A DNA stretch of 64,000 nt, taken from contig CM102290.1 of assembly GCA_046563655.1 (NCBI GenBank), positions 8,990,001-9,054,000 on the forward strand, written 5' to 3'. The position numbers were made by a program, and so were the translations under genes. Under the pieces are notes generated by a model. It had not been told where the DNA came from. It ran no database searches and was given only the letters and a program-made list of their open reading frames with translations. Source of the stretch: Yuukianura sp. NJ FZ-2021 (lineage: Eukaryota). How positions within the stretch are numbered: the stretch's first letter is position 1; each line of letters opens with the position of its first letter. Positions 21,659-33,000 of this stretch are shown here, in pieces.

Positions 21659-24600
21659 TCATTGAACGGCGATTGAGAAGGAGCTGGAGGCTAGAGTAGA
21701 TGAGCTGCTGTGACTGGAGTCTTCCTTTTTGTCTTGAACATTTCGCAAACTGGAAAACAAGTCGTCGTAGTCAATGTTTCCACTAGAAAACCGATTCTTC
21801 AAGCATGAGCTACTCGGGATAGGATGATGGAAGGAATCTTCAAACTCCCTTCGATTACTGCAACTTCGAATTTTTAATAGAACAGAGTCTGAAGTTGGTT
21901 CCAACGGTTCGTGTGGATTATTTTCAGGTACGTGGTTTTGTAATTCGAACCAGTCTTTGTATCCAAGCATTCCAGGACAACTGTGTACCCGGTACAATCC
22001 AATATTTCGGTCGCACCAATTCATCTCTCTGTCCGACAGCAAATTGAACCATTGAGTTCCAAAATGTAAATGACTTCCACTGTTATTCGATGAAATATTA
22101 GAAACATCTTCAGTCTCGCAATCATTTTTTCCCATATCACACCAGTCCTCATCATCTGCAGTTTTCTTCTTCGATTTTCCCTTAGAACTAAACTGTCTTC
22201 CTGTGGAGAATTAAAAAAAAATTGGTTATCATTCTACAATCTAGACTTAAGCATTTGAGAGCAAGCATAGGAATAAGACAAGGACATTGTTATTTATAAG
22301 GTTACCTGGACTAAGAATCCTTGTAGGAATTTGTACGCATTTAAATAAGTACATCACATATTAGGATATTATTCAACTACCAGTGTAGTTAAATCCGGAT
22401 TGTCATTGGAACTCGGGAAAAGTTATACTAAAGGGAATGTCCAGTTGGAGTTCGTACGTCTCAATTTTTAAAAGTACTCGGATATGTGGATTGACGGACC
22501 TGATTCAGGAGATACTGCTGCCTTTTCGGAAACTGTTTCGGCTAAACTCCACCTTTTTGGCCTGGACTCACAGCGATTCCATTCACCAGCAGCAGCCTCA
22601 GCATAACTCCGCCGCTTTTCAAAATTCAAAGGATTGAGTCGAGATCGGGGACTCAGCTTCTCAATATGTTTCCGTTTCTCCGGAGACTTAACGTCCTGCA
22701 CTTTGGTAGACGAAGAGGTCGGAGAAGTGAGTGCTCCAATAGCTACGGAGCAGTTCGTGACAGTAGCAGCAGCAGCCGCTCCTTCCTCCAATGAGGACCA
22801 GTGTCCACTGTCAGTAGACCATAGCTGAAAAAATACATGAGAGATTAGTATTACCATACCAGATAATGTCAACAACAAAAGGCTACAAGAAAATACCTGG
22901 AGTTGACGAGCACTTTTTGGAGACTTGAGATATAGGCCATAAGCATCAGAAAATACTCCATCATCGGGACCAGTGGATTCGTTCATTTCCCAAGAACCTG
23001 ATAGGTTCGTAAGGAGGTCATGATCAGAAATTTCAGAGCCGATCCCACTTGTACTAACCGAGTCAGAACGGGCAAAGTCCCGTTTCAATTGTTCCAAAGG
23101 GCTCGGTAGGAGGTCAGAAGCACAACTCTCCTCCAAACTACTAAAACTCGCTGTTGACGTAGCAATTGAAGACCGAGAAGTGGAGGACTCAATTCCGGTA
23201 GCAACTCTGTCCTCGCCTAGTACTGGACTTTCACCTTCTACGACTATTTTATGGATGCGGCACTTTTTCTTCATGGCATAATTATTGTCATCGTCGCTAT
23301 TACAGGAAGTCGCTGACGGTTCGAATTGCTGCTGATACTGGTCCAGGGTGGACTTCCTGTTTTTGAACCCCTTAGAGAAAGAAATGGACATGGACTGCTT
23401 CATAACAGCCTTCGTCATTGATTCCCATGTGTTTCCACCCTCCTCTTGAATTGAATTAACATTTTGATCTTTCACAAGTCGTGCAGGTCTGCTTAAACTG
23501 AACCCAATTCCTGGACTGGGCGGGTGAGTCGATGTCGGTGATGTAGCGGAACTTCCGGTTCGATTCTCTTTTCCTGGCGGCTTTTCAAACTGAAGTCTTG
23601 CCATAGCGCTGGTGGGTGAAACGTCCTTTGGACTTGTTAGACTCGTGGACGAAAATGGACACAGTCGAAGAGATAGGTTGAATCGCTTGTTTCCGGACGA
23701 ACTCGCAGGCGGTGAAATGATAGGTTGCGATGCGAAAAGAAATTCCGATGCTGAAATGGACGAAGATGCTGATGGTTGAGCCTGTGGAACCTTCTGAATT
23801 ACTTTTTCTCCAATGAGAAGCCTCTCATATTCCAGCAATTGTCCAAGAAAATTGAAATTGGGCGAAATCGTTGCTCGTTTGCCTTTCACATAGCGATACG
23901 CCTCCTCACATGTCATCTGCAAATGGCGCATGACATAAGCGATAGCAACAGTGGGCGATCTTGAAATTCCAGCCAGGCAGTGAACTAAGACGCAATCATT
24001 GGATCCCCGAACTTTTTCTGAAGAGAAAACAACATGAACAAAGTGAGACAATTGACAAATGTGATGTTAGCCAATCATGTGGTATCGTCTTTACCAATAA
24101 ATTGGAACGTTTGATTGAAAAAATTTGACAATTTCTCATTATGACTGTCGTTCACTGGGATCCTCATAAAGTGGCCGTCAGAGATGAAGTCAGGCTTTGG
24201 ACATTTATTGCTGACGTTAAGTTCATAGGTGATGTTGTGACTCTGCATTTAGTGATGACAAAATTTTAATATTCATAAGGGATGAAAATGAGCCAATGCC
24301 GGTTCAATACACTACTAACCTGCAGTAGGTCTCTATTGTTTGCATCTTCCTCAGATCCCAAATAGAGAAACGGAAGAATACGTGTAGGCCCTGCAGAAGA
24401 TGTCGGGAGACAAGGTTGAGAGAGAGCTGACAATCCCGGAAACTTCCAAACTTTGTTCTCACACAAGTCAGGATATATGGAATGGAAACTCGCGAATCCA
24501 CCTACACAATAATCACAAGTTAAGCAGCAGACATTTCTCTAAGAGAAGTATCTCCAATCAATAGTTTAAGTAGTAACGTTGACATACCCGAGAGAATGTA

Positions 24601-25294
24601 AACCTTTTCGAACACGAGTATCAATTTTTTCAACAAGACGTAGATGAAGCTGTCAAAGGGAGCATCTTCTGCTGTCGTAGAACGTTGGTCGTACACAATC
24701 ACATCAGAAGTTTCTTCGGGCTCAATTCGGCAGTGAAAAAGTAAATCCTTGAGTGCAATCTGGAAAAGGCGTAAACAAAAAAGATTTTTTTAGGTCATGA
24801 ACAAATAGTTAATGCAGCTCGGAGGCTTTCGGTTCTGGGGGCATTAATGTCATCATCCCAGAACTCAAATTCCTCGTTCCTACACACTCTGTATTATGTC
24901 ATCCACACCTACATCCAAAAAAAATGAGCATTGAACACATGCATGTTACCCACGTCAGTTACAATACTGACGACAGGAGCGCTTCGAATACTGCAAACAC
25001 GAACAGTCTTGTAGCAATTTACCTTTTCCTGTTGTAAGCGGCGTTTGATAAGCTTGGAACAGCAAATATTAACAGCACCAATTATGTGATTGTCATTGTA
25101 TTCCAAAAATGTTCGACAGTCAATCATCCGAGCCTGCGAAGACGAAATAAATATTGAATTGTCAATCTTATGAAGATCCGAGAAGCGATCGGAATTATTG
25201 AATTGTCTTTCCTTACCTTTCTAGATTTGTCATGAATAATGTTCGTCAGTTGAAGAGGGCTGATAGTACAGATCTGTGTATGCCTCAAAGCCAT
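21659..25294 (-). CDS. Dual-specificity MAP kinase phosphatase with N-terminal rhodanese domain and long Ser-rich tail (DUSP8/DUSP16/vhp-1-like; ~863 aa in the preferred model)
   Basis: Exons 25217-25294, 25023-25133, 24588-24759, 24320-24501, 24095-24242, 22897-24017, 22587-22824 (this donor uncertain), 21659-22200. Rhodanese/KIM region: IDCRTFLEYNDNHIIGAVNICCSKLIKRRLQQ. Also SQPCLP..GPTRILPFLYLGS, RIPVNDS, active site VHCLAGISRS, ISPNFNFLGQLLEYE. The join to the last exon is inferred. Confidence 0.9.
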
Positions 25295-25313
25295 TGATGA
25301 ATTTAAAGTGGAA

Positions 25314-25349
25314 CTAGTTTCCAGGGAAGAAAGTGGAATCCTTAGCCAT
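25314..25349 (-). promoter_or_regulatory. Short upstream ORF (MAKDSTFFPGN*) ending 19 nt before the DUSP start codon
   Basis: ATG at 25349 and TAG at 25314-25316 on the minus strand. Whether it lies in the mature 5' UTR is inferred. Confidence 0.3.
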
Positions 25350-26137
25350 TGACTAAGGACTAATTAGTAAAGTAAGAACTACAGATTACATACTTAATCA
25401 AACACTTTCACTAAAATATATCCCCTAAAGTCCGCTTAAGATTTCCGTCGGAGATTTTTCGCCATCCTGCAGGTTAGGTTCTCTATCGATGAACCTAAAC
25501 TAATCATAACTTAGAAAACTGCCTAATAACTGGATAAAGCGGACAGTCGGAGAGACGGACTAGATCGGGTTACTTGAACTCTAACACATAGTTGTTAAAC
25601 CAATCTAATGAATATTAATAATCGGTTTAAATGAAAAACGAATCCCGTTTCTGGTTGACCCTGTCTCGGAGTATCCGCTTTTAAGGATGGTAGAGAAACT
25701 GTTGTTAGTACAGATAAAGTGCCCCGTAAAAGTAAGATGAGCAAAACTAGCCACCACCAGCCATTAAATCTAATATTATTAATTGTAATTATCAGAATAA
25801 AGTAGTAACAGTGATTAAAACTAACTAATCAGAAGACAGGACACAAGGAGGGGTTGTATTGAATGTCTTCTTTTCTTCTGTTCAGAATGTACACAAAATG
25901 AGGTTGCGGAACTCACTCCTGCGGCTTACTATACATGTAGTTTCTGTGTGGAGGAGGGAGGAGGCCGACGTCAGAATCGTTCGTCATTTTCCGGATTGAT
26001 CATTGGCCACTGGGATCCGTCCATTGACTACTAAAGGAGAAGGCAGAAGAGGAGGTCATAAAAAGCAACGATGACATTAACATCAGAAGACAAGAGGTAA
26101 GAGCAAGCAAAGCAGTATGAAATGCGATAGTTTTAGC

Positions 26138-27022
26138 TTAGCGGTATGGATCATAAACCTTAATTCGACTTGGTTTGACACAGGGCTCGATGACAGCTTC
26201 GTCCCATGGTCCATAAATGTTGTTCTTGTATCTAAGTCCAACGACCATCAGGACTGGAATAACCCCACCGACAACTGCAACAGACGTTATAAAGAGCTGA
26301 AGCGTCAAAGGGGAAATAGTGGCAGTGACTAAACACCCAATGACAAGGGAACCAATTAAGCTCATCACAGAGTCCCAGAATAGCCTAGCAAATATTGGGA
26401 AGAGGATATAGATTTGAAACGTGAGGACAAGCGTCGTGAAGCAGTGAAAGTCTGATGCCAATCTCGAGGTGAGGCAGATGGAGCCGATGATTGCTGAATT
26501 AACGGAGATGGCATTTGACGTCATGAATGACTCAATTCCATAGAAGGATGTGCAGAGGTGGACGAGGGAACTGATTCCAGCAATGTACTGAATTGTGTTC
26601 GAACTGATTTCAACCGTGAGAGATCGCAGAACGGGGGCCATTTGGTAGGAGAACAGGAGGAAGGCCACGTAGAGTCGGAGATGTTCTTTTCGCCAGTGAG
26701 TCGGCGGGGTCAAGCGTCGTCCAGCGTAGACGTCAGCCACTGTGTTCCCAAAGAGGTAGCCAAGGACGGAGAACGCTATGCATGGATACAGAATCCTGTC
26801 TGGCTCAATATTTCCATTGGTAAAGTGAAAGTAGACGACATGGAAGACGCAGACGGCTGTGAACTGCACAATGCACCGACTGGACTTGAGCATGGTTTCA
26901 CGGATTGTCCAAGTACAAGGGTATGGATTCGTTTTGAGCCCTTGGAAAAGCCCTTCGTGTTCATAGTTGTCTGGGCCCTCGACGGGGTCATAGAGCGTCC
27001 CTGCCGTGCCCCCTCTCGTCAT
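26138..27022 (-). CDS. PIGC: Phosphatidylinositol N-acetylglucosaminyltransferase subunit C (PIG-C/GPI2), intronless CDS, divergent (294 aa)
   Basis: Single ORF with multiple hydrophobic segments and GPI2-type motifs: LY....PDNY, PVLRSLT..ISSNTI, SVNSAIIGSICLTSRL, KNNIYGPWDEA. A possible 5' UTR splice acceptor (TTTTAG) lies at 27040-27041. Confidence 0.88.
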   Translation of the reverse strand: MTRGGTAGTLYDPVEGPDNYEHEGLFQGLKTNPYPCTWTIRETMLKSSRCIVQFTAVCVFHVVYFHFTNGNIEPDRILYPCIAFSVLGYLFGNTVADVYAGRRLTPPTHWRKEHLRLYVAFLLFSYQMAPVLRSLTVEISSNTIQYIAGISSLVHLCTSFYGIESFMTSNAISVNSAIIGSICLTSRLASDFHCFTTLVLTFQIYILFPIFARLFWDSVMSLIGSLVIGCLVTATISPLTLQLFITSVAVVGGVIPVLMVVGLRYKNNIYGPWDEAVIEPCVKPSRIKVYDPYR

Positions 27023-30000
27023 GCTTTTGTCGTATTCTTCTAAAAACTGGCAAACTTAAAAAGATCTTCTGCTCCCGTGATTTCTGAAATAGAATGAAAA
27101 GAGAAAATGAGCTCAAGCCTTTTTGATTGAACTTCCGGAGGTGGAAGGAAACTCTTGAATAGAAACGAGTCACTGCTTCCAGTCACTCTCAAATAAATTG
27201 AAACCTTTGTTATACTTTTCCATAATAGTTGACATACTCTGAGAGTTTAGTATATGCTTACGCAGTCAAGTAAGAGGACTTGAAAGACGGAGGAAGTAAA
27301 TGGGGGCCTATCTCATTGTTAAGTATTTAGATTATTTAGTCGTCAGGGAGAAAGTTGAAGGTGTAGTTTGAGTCAAGTGAACCAAATCCAATAATAATCC
27401 AGTTCCTTTCAAGTTCTCTTTCAGTATTTGGAATTAGATTGAGAGTGATTGACGCAAGGGTGTAATAAAAGGGAAATTTAGGCATACTTTCTCCACTTTC
27501 ACTCTCACATGACAGCAAACCTTTAGTTGACGAAAACAACTTTTTTTTTCTTTTTGCAAAGGAGAAAGGATGAGTTAAATTGGAGATTCTTGTTCGTCGG
27601 TGTCTGGAAATGTCCTGGATGGATCCACCATCGCTTCGTCGTCAGCCCTTTTCTTCTTTCTAATGCTCAGATATTGATATTGATGTGTTCAGAAATAAGG
27701 AAGCAGAGGAAAAGAGTGACAGGAGCAGAGTCAGCGACGGAGAAAGCGCGACAGAAAGTTCGAATTCTAAATCCTTTGCGATTGATGGGATCAGTGTTGC
27801 ACTTATGATGAAAAAAAAAATCCGCCGATTCCCATTCTGGAATCTCCTTCTCCTATTTCATATTCCTATTCCAAAAGTGCTCTCGTTTCAAAATTATTGG
27901 AATTGGAATGCGATGCAGGGAGGAAGCAGAGAAAGGATTCACTTTGCACGATACAGCTAGGAAAGGAATTCAAGAGCACTTTCAATCAAAAAGAGTTAGA
28001 GATTTCATGGGAGATGAATTGAAAGTAATCTCTTCATCTTTCATGTTAAGACCTTGATCAGTCTAGCCCTAGATGCAATTTCAATCTCAAGGGACATGCT
28101 GGACAGCAAAACTCCATCTCATCATGGACAGATGACGGATATTGAAAGTCCAAAATCTAATAGTTTCATGATTCTCAATCTTTCCTCCTTCTTGCCCTAA
28201 CGTCTACACGATTTTCCCTAGGGAAAAGTCCAGAGAAAGTCGGAAGCATTCCCAAACATTGGGAAAGCTGCTGCTGTCCGCTCCTCTTGAGACTCACAAT
28301 TTTTAGCATCATCCCTAATAATCATAGCGTACAGTTGACGGCAGGGTCCGTCCTCCACGACTATTTTTCATGATCCCACAAGCTGCTCTAAACATTACTC
28401 TTAAATGCTGAGTTCCAAGTCGCCACGACATCCTTTCATCTCTTTCTCCACTGCCTTCGTCGTAGAATTAAAAGACAAATTCAATATTTTGTCCACTTCT
28501 GTAATAAGGGCGTTCATTTCAATAAAAGCTTTTCTCTGTCCACTTTCACCACTACTTACTCCAACTGCTCTCTCTAACCAAAGTTCCAACAATCTTTAGA
28601 AACATTTGTTTCCAGTTCAACTTTTCTTCCAAAGCTAGCCATTACAAACTTTGTTTCGAATACTAGTCGAATAGAATAGAAATTTGGAATAGAAGCCCAT
28701 GAGGTTAGTTGTTTGTTACATTTTAAAGATTGGAGTCCCGAGGAGTGCAGAGAGAGCAGACAATGATTATTTTTAGGAAAGAAGATTCAAGTTGCCTCTC
28801 AATCTCCAACCTCAGTGACATTTTGAGATTTCCTACGAGAGAAAGAGCTGGAAGTGAAGGGAGACGTTTTTTTCAAACCAAGTTCAGCAGATCTGGAATC
28901 AAGAAAGGTAAGAGATGCTCAGAGTGGGTTCAAAATGGAGAAATGACAATGGGATCCCAGTCGAGCTGGGATTGGGAAATAGGCACTGGAGATTTATAGG
29001 ATGAAGAACTGGAGAGAGGTTTGTTTGGCAGAAATGTGTGAAGGGGGTATTGGGGAGGAGAGGCCTTAGTGCAACGCAGTCAAATATTCGTTGAGAGCGT
29101 TCTAAAAGTTGGCATTGGGTACTTCTGGTGACGGGTGACATGAAGGGCTGTGTCATGGCCGTGGTGAGTTGTGCGGTTAGTTATGGTGGCTCAGGTTTTA
29201 ATGATTGATGGTCGGAAGATGGCCTTGTGCCACAACAGTCTGTCTCCTTGTTTACTCCTGCCAGTGTCATACGTTCTCATCCACGTCCTTCGACGCAACA
29301 TACAATACGAAGACGCCTGAACTGGTCTTCCACAGGAACTTAGGCAGAATGACAATGACTTTGGTGTGGAGGGGAGGAGGAGGAGGGGGAGGTGGTGAAG
29401 AGGTTCGGAGAAAGTGCTGAAATCAAGATGAAAGGAACCCAAGAATTCCACTCTACAAAGATAAACTTTTGGATCTGGAGAACCAATAAAGGGATTCCAG
29501 TGAGAAAAAGGAAACTTTCTTTGAGCCAATTCTCATTCACTTAAATCATCACCTTCCCTCTACCACCTTCCCAAATTTCCAAAATTCCAAATACCAAAAT
29601 CCAAATCCAATTTCTTGCGCAAATGTGTCTATTCTCTGCATGAAACCATTCTGGCCGTTCCAAGTCAGCAAATTCGAGTCTAAAATTACTCCTGTTTGCC
29701 TCTCCAGTTTGCTTCCGTAATGAGCCGGATGCATTCGTTAAGCTTAATTGTTGATGAGGAAAAAGAAAAATTGCTGAGAAGATATTTTTTTTAGTTGGAA
29801 TTCAATAATTCAAAAACTTCGTTCGTTAAAAGATAGGATCCTGATTAGAAATTCCTTGCTTCTGTAAAAGCTCCTTGCAAGGCTAAAAATAAAAACAAAT
29901 TTTCGTTTGCTTTCAGTTCAAAATCAATAATCAATCTTCATTTCCATTCAAAGGATATATCGGTCTCTCCGTATTACGTGAAGAAAGTCTCCAGACATCT

Positions 30001-33000
30001 CCCCCATTAAAATTTTATGGAATTCCTGTAACGCTCTATTCCCCATACATGAGAGAATTGGATTGAAAAGTTGTAAAAAGTTTCCCAAGAGTTCAAATGA
30101 AAGTTGAAATTTAGATTGGACTTTCTTTAGAAATTGATCAACTTTTCACACTACCCCGTTTAAGTTACTTTGTACCAGTACAAATTGATGTGTCCATCAA
30201 GATGAGACCATAAGAGTTGAGACGAGATTAACTTTCCCATTGTTATGCTTGACATTTTCCAATCAGGAGTTCCGGTTCAGTGACTATTTCTCTATATAAA
30301 AATATATTGCTTTTGAAGGAAAGGGAGAAAAAATGATGGGAGGGAGGCTGGGAAATGGCTGGAGAGGACGGAAGTGATTTTGTTTGGCGGGAGAGCTAAA
30401 GAGCTAACAGAAGAAGAAGGCATTAGGAAATCCAAGTAGTTTGGAATCTTGTGGAAATGGAAACGGGCACTGATACTTTCTTCAGCTTCTAATAATCCCC
30501 CTTCCTATATCTCCAGATCCACTTACCCCTGCTTCTGCCCGCCTCAAAACAAGGCTTCTCCAAAACGTTTTATTTCATCAATAAAAAATCCCATTAAAGA
30601 GAGAATAATGTCAATTTCGGAGCGGTTACTTTTGTCTTTGTGTCCTTTTATTGTGGCCGTTGTGCCCATCCACCCCTTTCCAACTCAAATACTTGTCAAA
30701 GGTTTCTTTGATGGCCCACTTAAGTTGATAGAAAAGTATTTGAAGGGAGCCAAAGAGGAGGAGGGCACTTGGGCGGAGACCTTAGTCCTGGACTTCCAGT
30801 GCTCAACTGCCCGTGTCAGTCTCATTATGACACTTTTTCCATTCTCCAGCCAAAGTTCACTCTAGCCTCTTAAAGTCCTAAGAGCCTCCATTACGAAACC
30901 TCCAAGGCAACTAAATAAACTAATCTGGATGTTGGCTTCATACAACTGGCCACAGACGACCATTCCGGCTCACCAGAGATTACTCCACTCCTTCTATCTA
31001 CTACACACACAAACCAGCCCCACAAGAACAGATTGAAAGGAACCCTCACACTCTCTCCGTAGAGACTCACATTATTTCATGGACTTTCACTTATCACAGA
31101 TACTCAACTTTCAACCCAGTCACAAATCCAAGTCTCCATCCATATCCCTTTCTCCTCACACTTTTATACAGTACGGTTCATAATTCTTCAAAACACTTTC
31201 CTCCTTTCGTTTTCAAAAGAGACGGAGATTTGTGGAGCAGTCGAAATCCCTTTTAGCTAAACTCCATTACACTTTACAACCAATTGGCCTCAACACATTC
31301 TCACTTTTAATTCCCTGTCTACCTTTAAAGCTCAAAACTGTTCATATTGAATAACCACTACTGTATAAGACGCCATGGTATAATGACCTGTCTACAGGGC
31401 ACCATTTTGGTCAAATAAAATTCAAATTCAAATTCACTCCACATTCTTACGACAAGGGCACCAGAGGAGTTGCAGTCAAAAGCGTCGTTTTAGTCGTCAG
31501 AGAAAGTGTACCGACAATCTGTTGAGTGAACCTGTACACTCGTACTGTGGTTTCATTTTTGGGATCATTTCTTGTAAGACGTTCTCCTATGAAGAGAAAG
31601 TCCGGGAGAAAGGAGGCTTTAGGAAGGCTTGAGATTATAAGAAGTGTGAAAGTGGAGTATCCATCTCTGGATTTCAAGCGACTATCTCCTCCTTCCGTTT
31701 GTTGGGACACCACAAGGAACGGACCAAAAGGAATAAGATTCAATTCCCATGAGACTTTGCTTCTTCCTGCTCTCCTCTCTCCAAATGCTGAGAAATGCCT
31801 TTAATAGGCATATACATCAAAATACAATCTCCCCATATCTCACACACCCTCACTTTCTCCTCCAACCAACAAAAATCCTTTCCTCCACAAACTTCCTAAA
31901 TTCTAATACCCCACGTCTTTGTCTTCTTAATCCAAATTATGATTGATCTGACCATTCAACTCTCACTACACTTTCTCCTTCCACCCTTAACGAAACCATA
32001 CTATGATCCAGCCACCACATCCAAATGGACCACCACTAACTTACCACTATTCTTAAGACACAAGAGAAAGAAACAGGAGGACTTTTGTTGCTCAAAAGGA
32101 AAAAGGAGATAAACTTGTACGGTCCACTTCCTTCTGCTGCCTCCCGTATACGTTTAGTGTACGAGGAGAAAAGTAAGTAGTAAGTCAAGTTACAGTAAAG
32201 GCTATCTGCCCTTCCCCCGACTCCAGCCCATCCCAATTCAGAAACACTTTGGGACTTTTTCCTCTTTTCGAACGGCTTTCTTCTAAGTGTTGGACCCTAG
32301 TCTTCAATCTCATAAAATATTTAGCTCTCCCATTTACAACGGAATTGTTTCATTCCCATGAAATAAATTATTTTTAACTTTCCCCGCTCTCTCCCTCTTA
32401 CTACACCAAAGTGCACAGTAGGATTCAAGACCTCTTTTTAAATTCCTACCAAAATTCCAATAGCAGTTCAATCGGCCACTGGATTTCGAGGCAGATCCTA
32501 TGGGGTAGAAATGACTTTTTTAGTTTTAGCCACATGATTGAGACGGCTAAAGTGAATTATAAGTCGAGACAGCAAAGGTCAACGAGGTCGAAGGCAGTGG
32601 GAAGGAGCTTTTACAAGGCAATCGAGTGGCCTTATTCCTTCTGTCTTTCAAACTACTTTAACCTTTACGTCTAAAATACTAAAGCTTTCTCTAGCTTCAG
32701 TTGTTCGCCTGAGATGCAACAGTTAAACAAATTATTTCTTCTTTTCCTCTACTCTGCTCAAACCATTCCATGACTACGACCCTTCTGTCTTTCTGGCGTC
32801 TAACAGTTGAATTCCTAATTGAAAAATAAAAACTTGGTAAAGTTTAAAAAAAGAGGCAGGAAATGGGTGGAAATAAAAGTTTACGTTACAAAAGTTTTCC
32901 TTTCTCTTTCCCTTGTTCTCAAATAAAAGTTGGTTTTAAAACGTCGACTATTAGGCGGACCACGATATTGTGTACCCAAAGGCATTTAAGTTGGTCGTAA

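Noticed and set aside
26764..26774. 11-nt match to miR-184 (GGACGGAGAAC) opposite the PIG-C CDS
   Set aside because: Lies in coding sequence with no 3' pairing and no hairpin; a match this short is expected by chance given the number of miRNAs considered.
26558..27043. 161-aa plus-strand ORF
   Set aside because: Antisense shadow of the relatively GC-rich PIG-C CDS.
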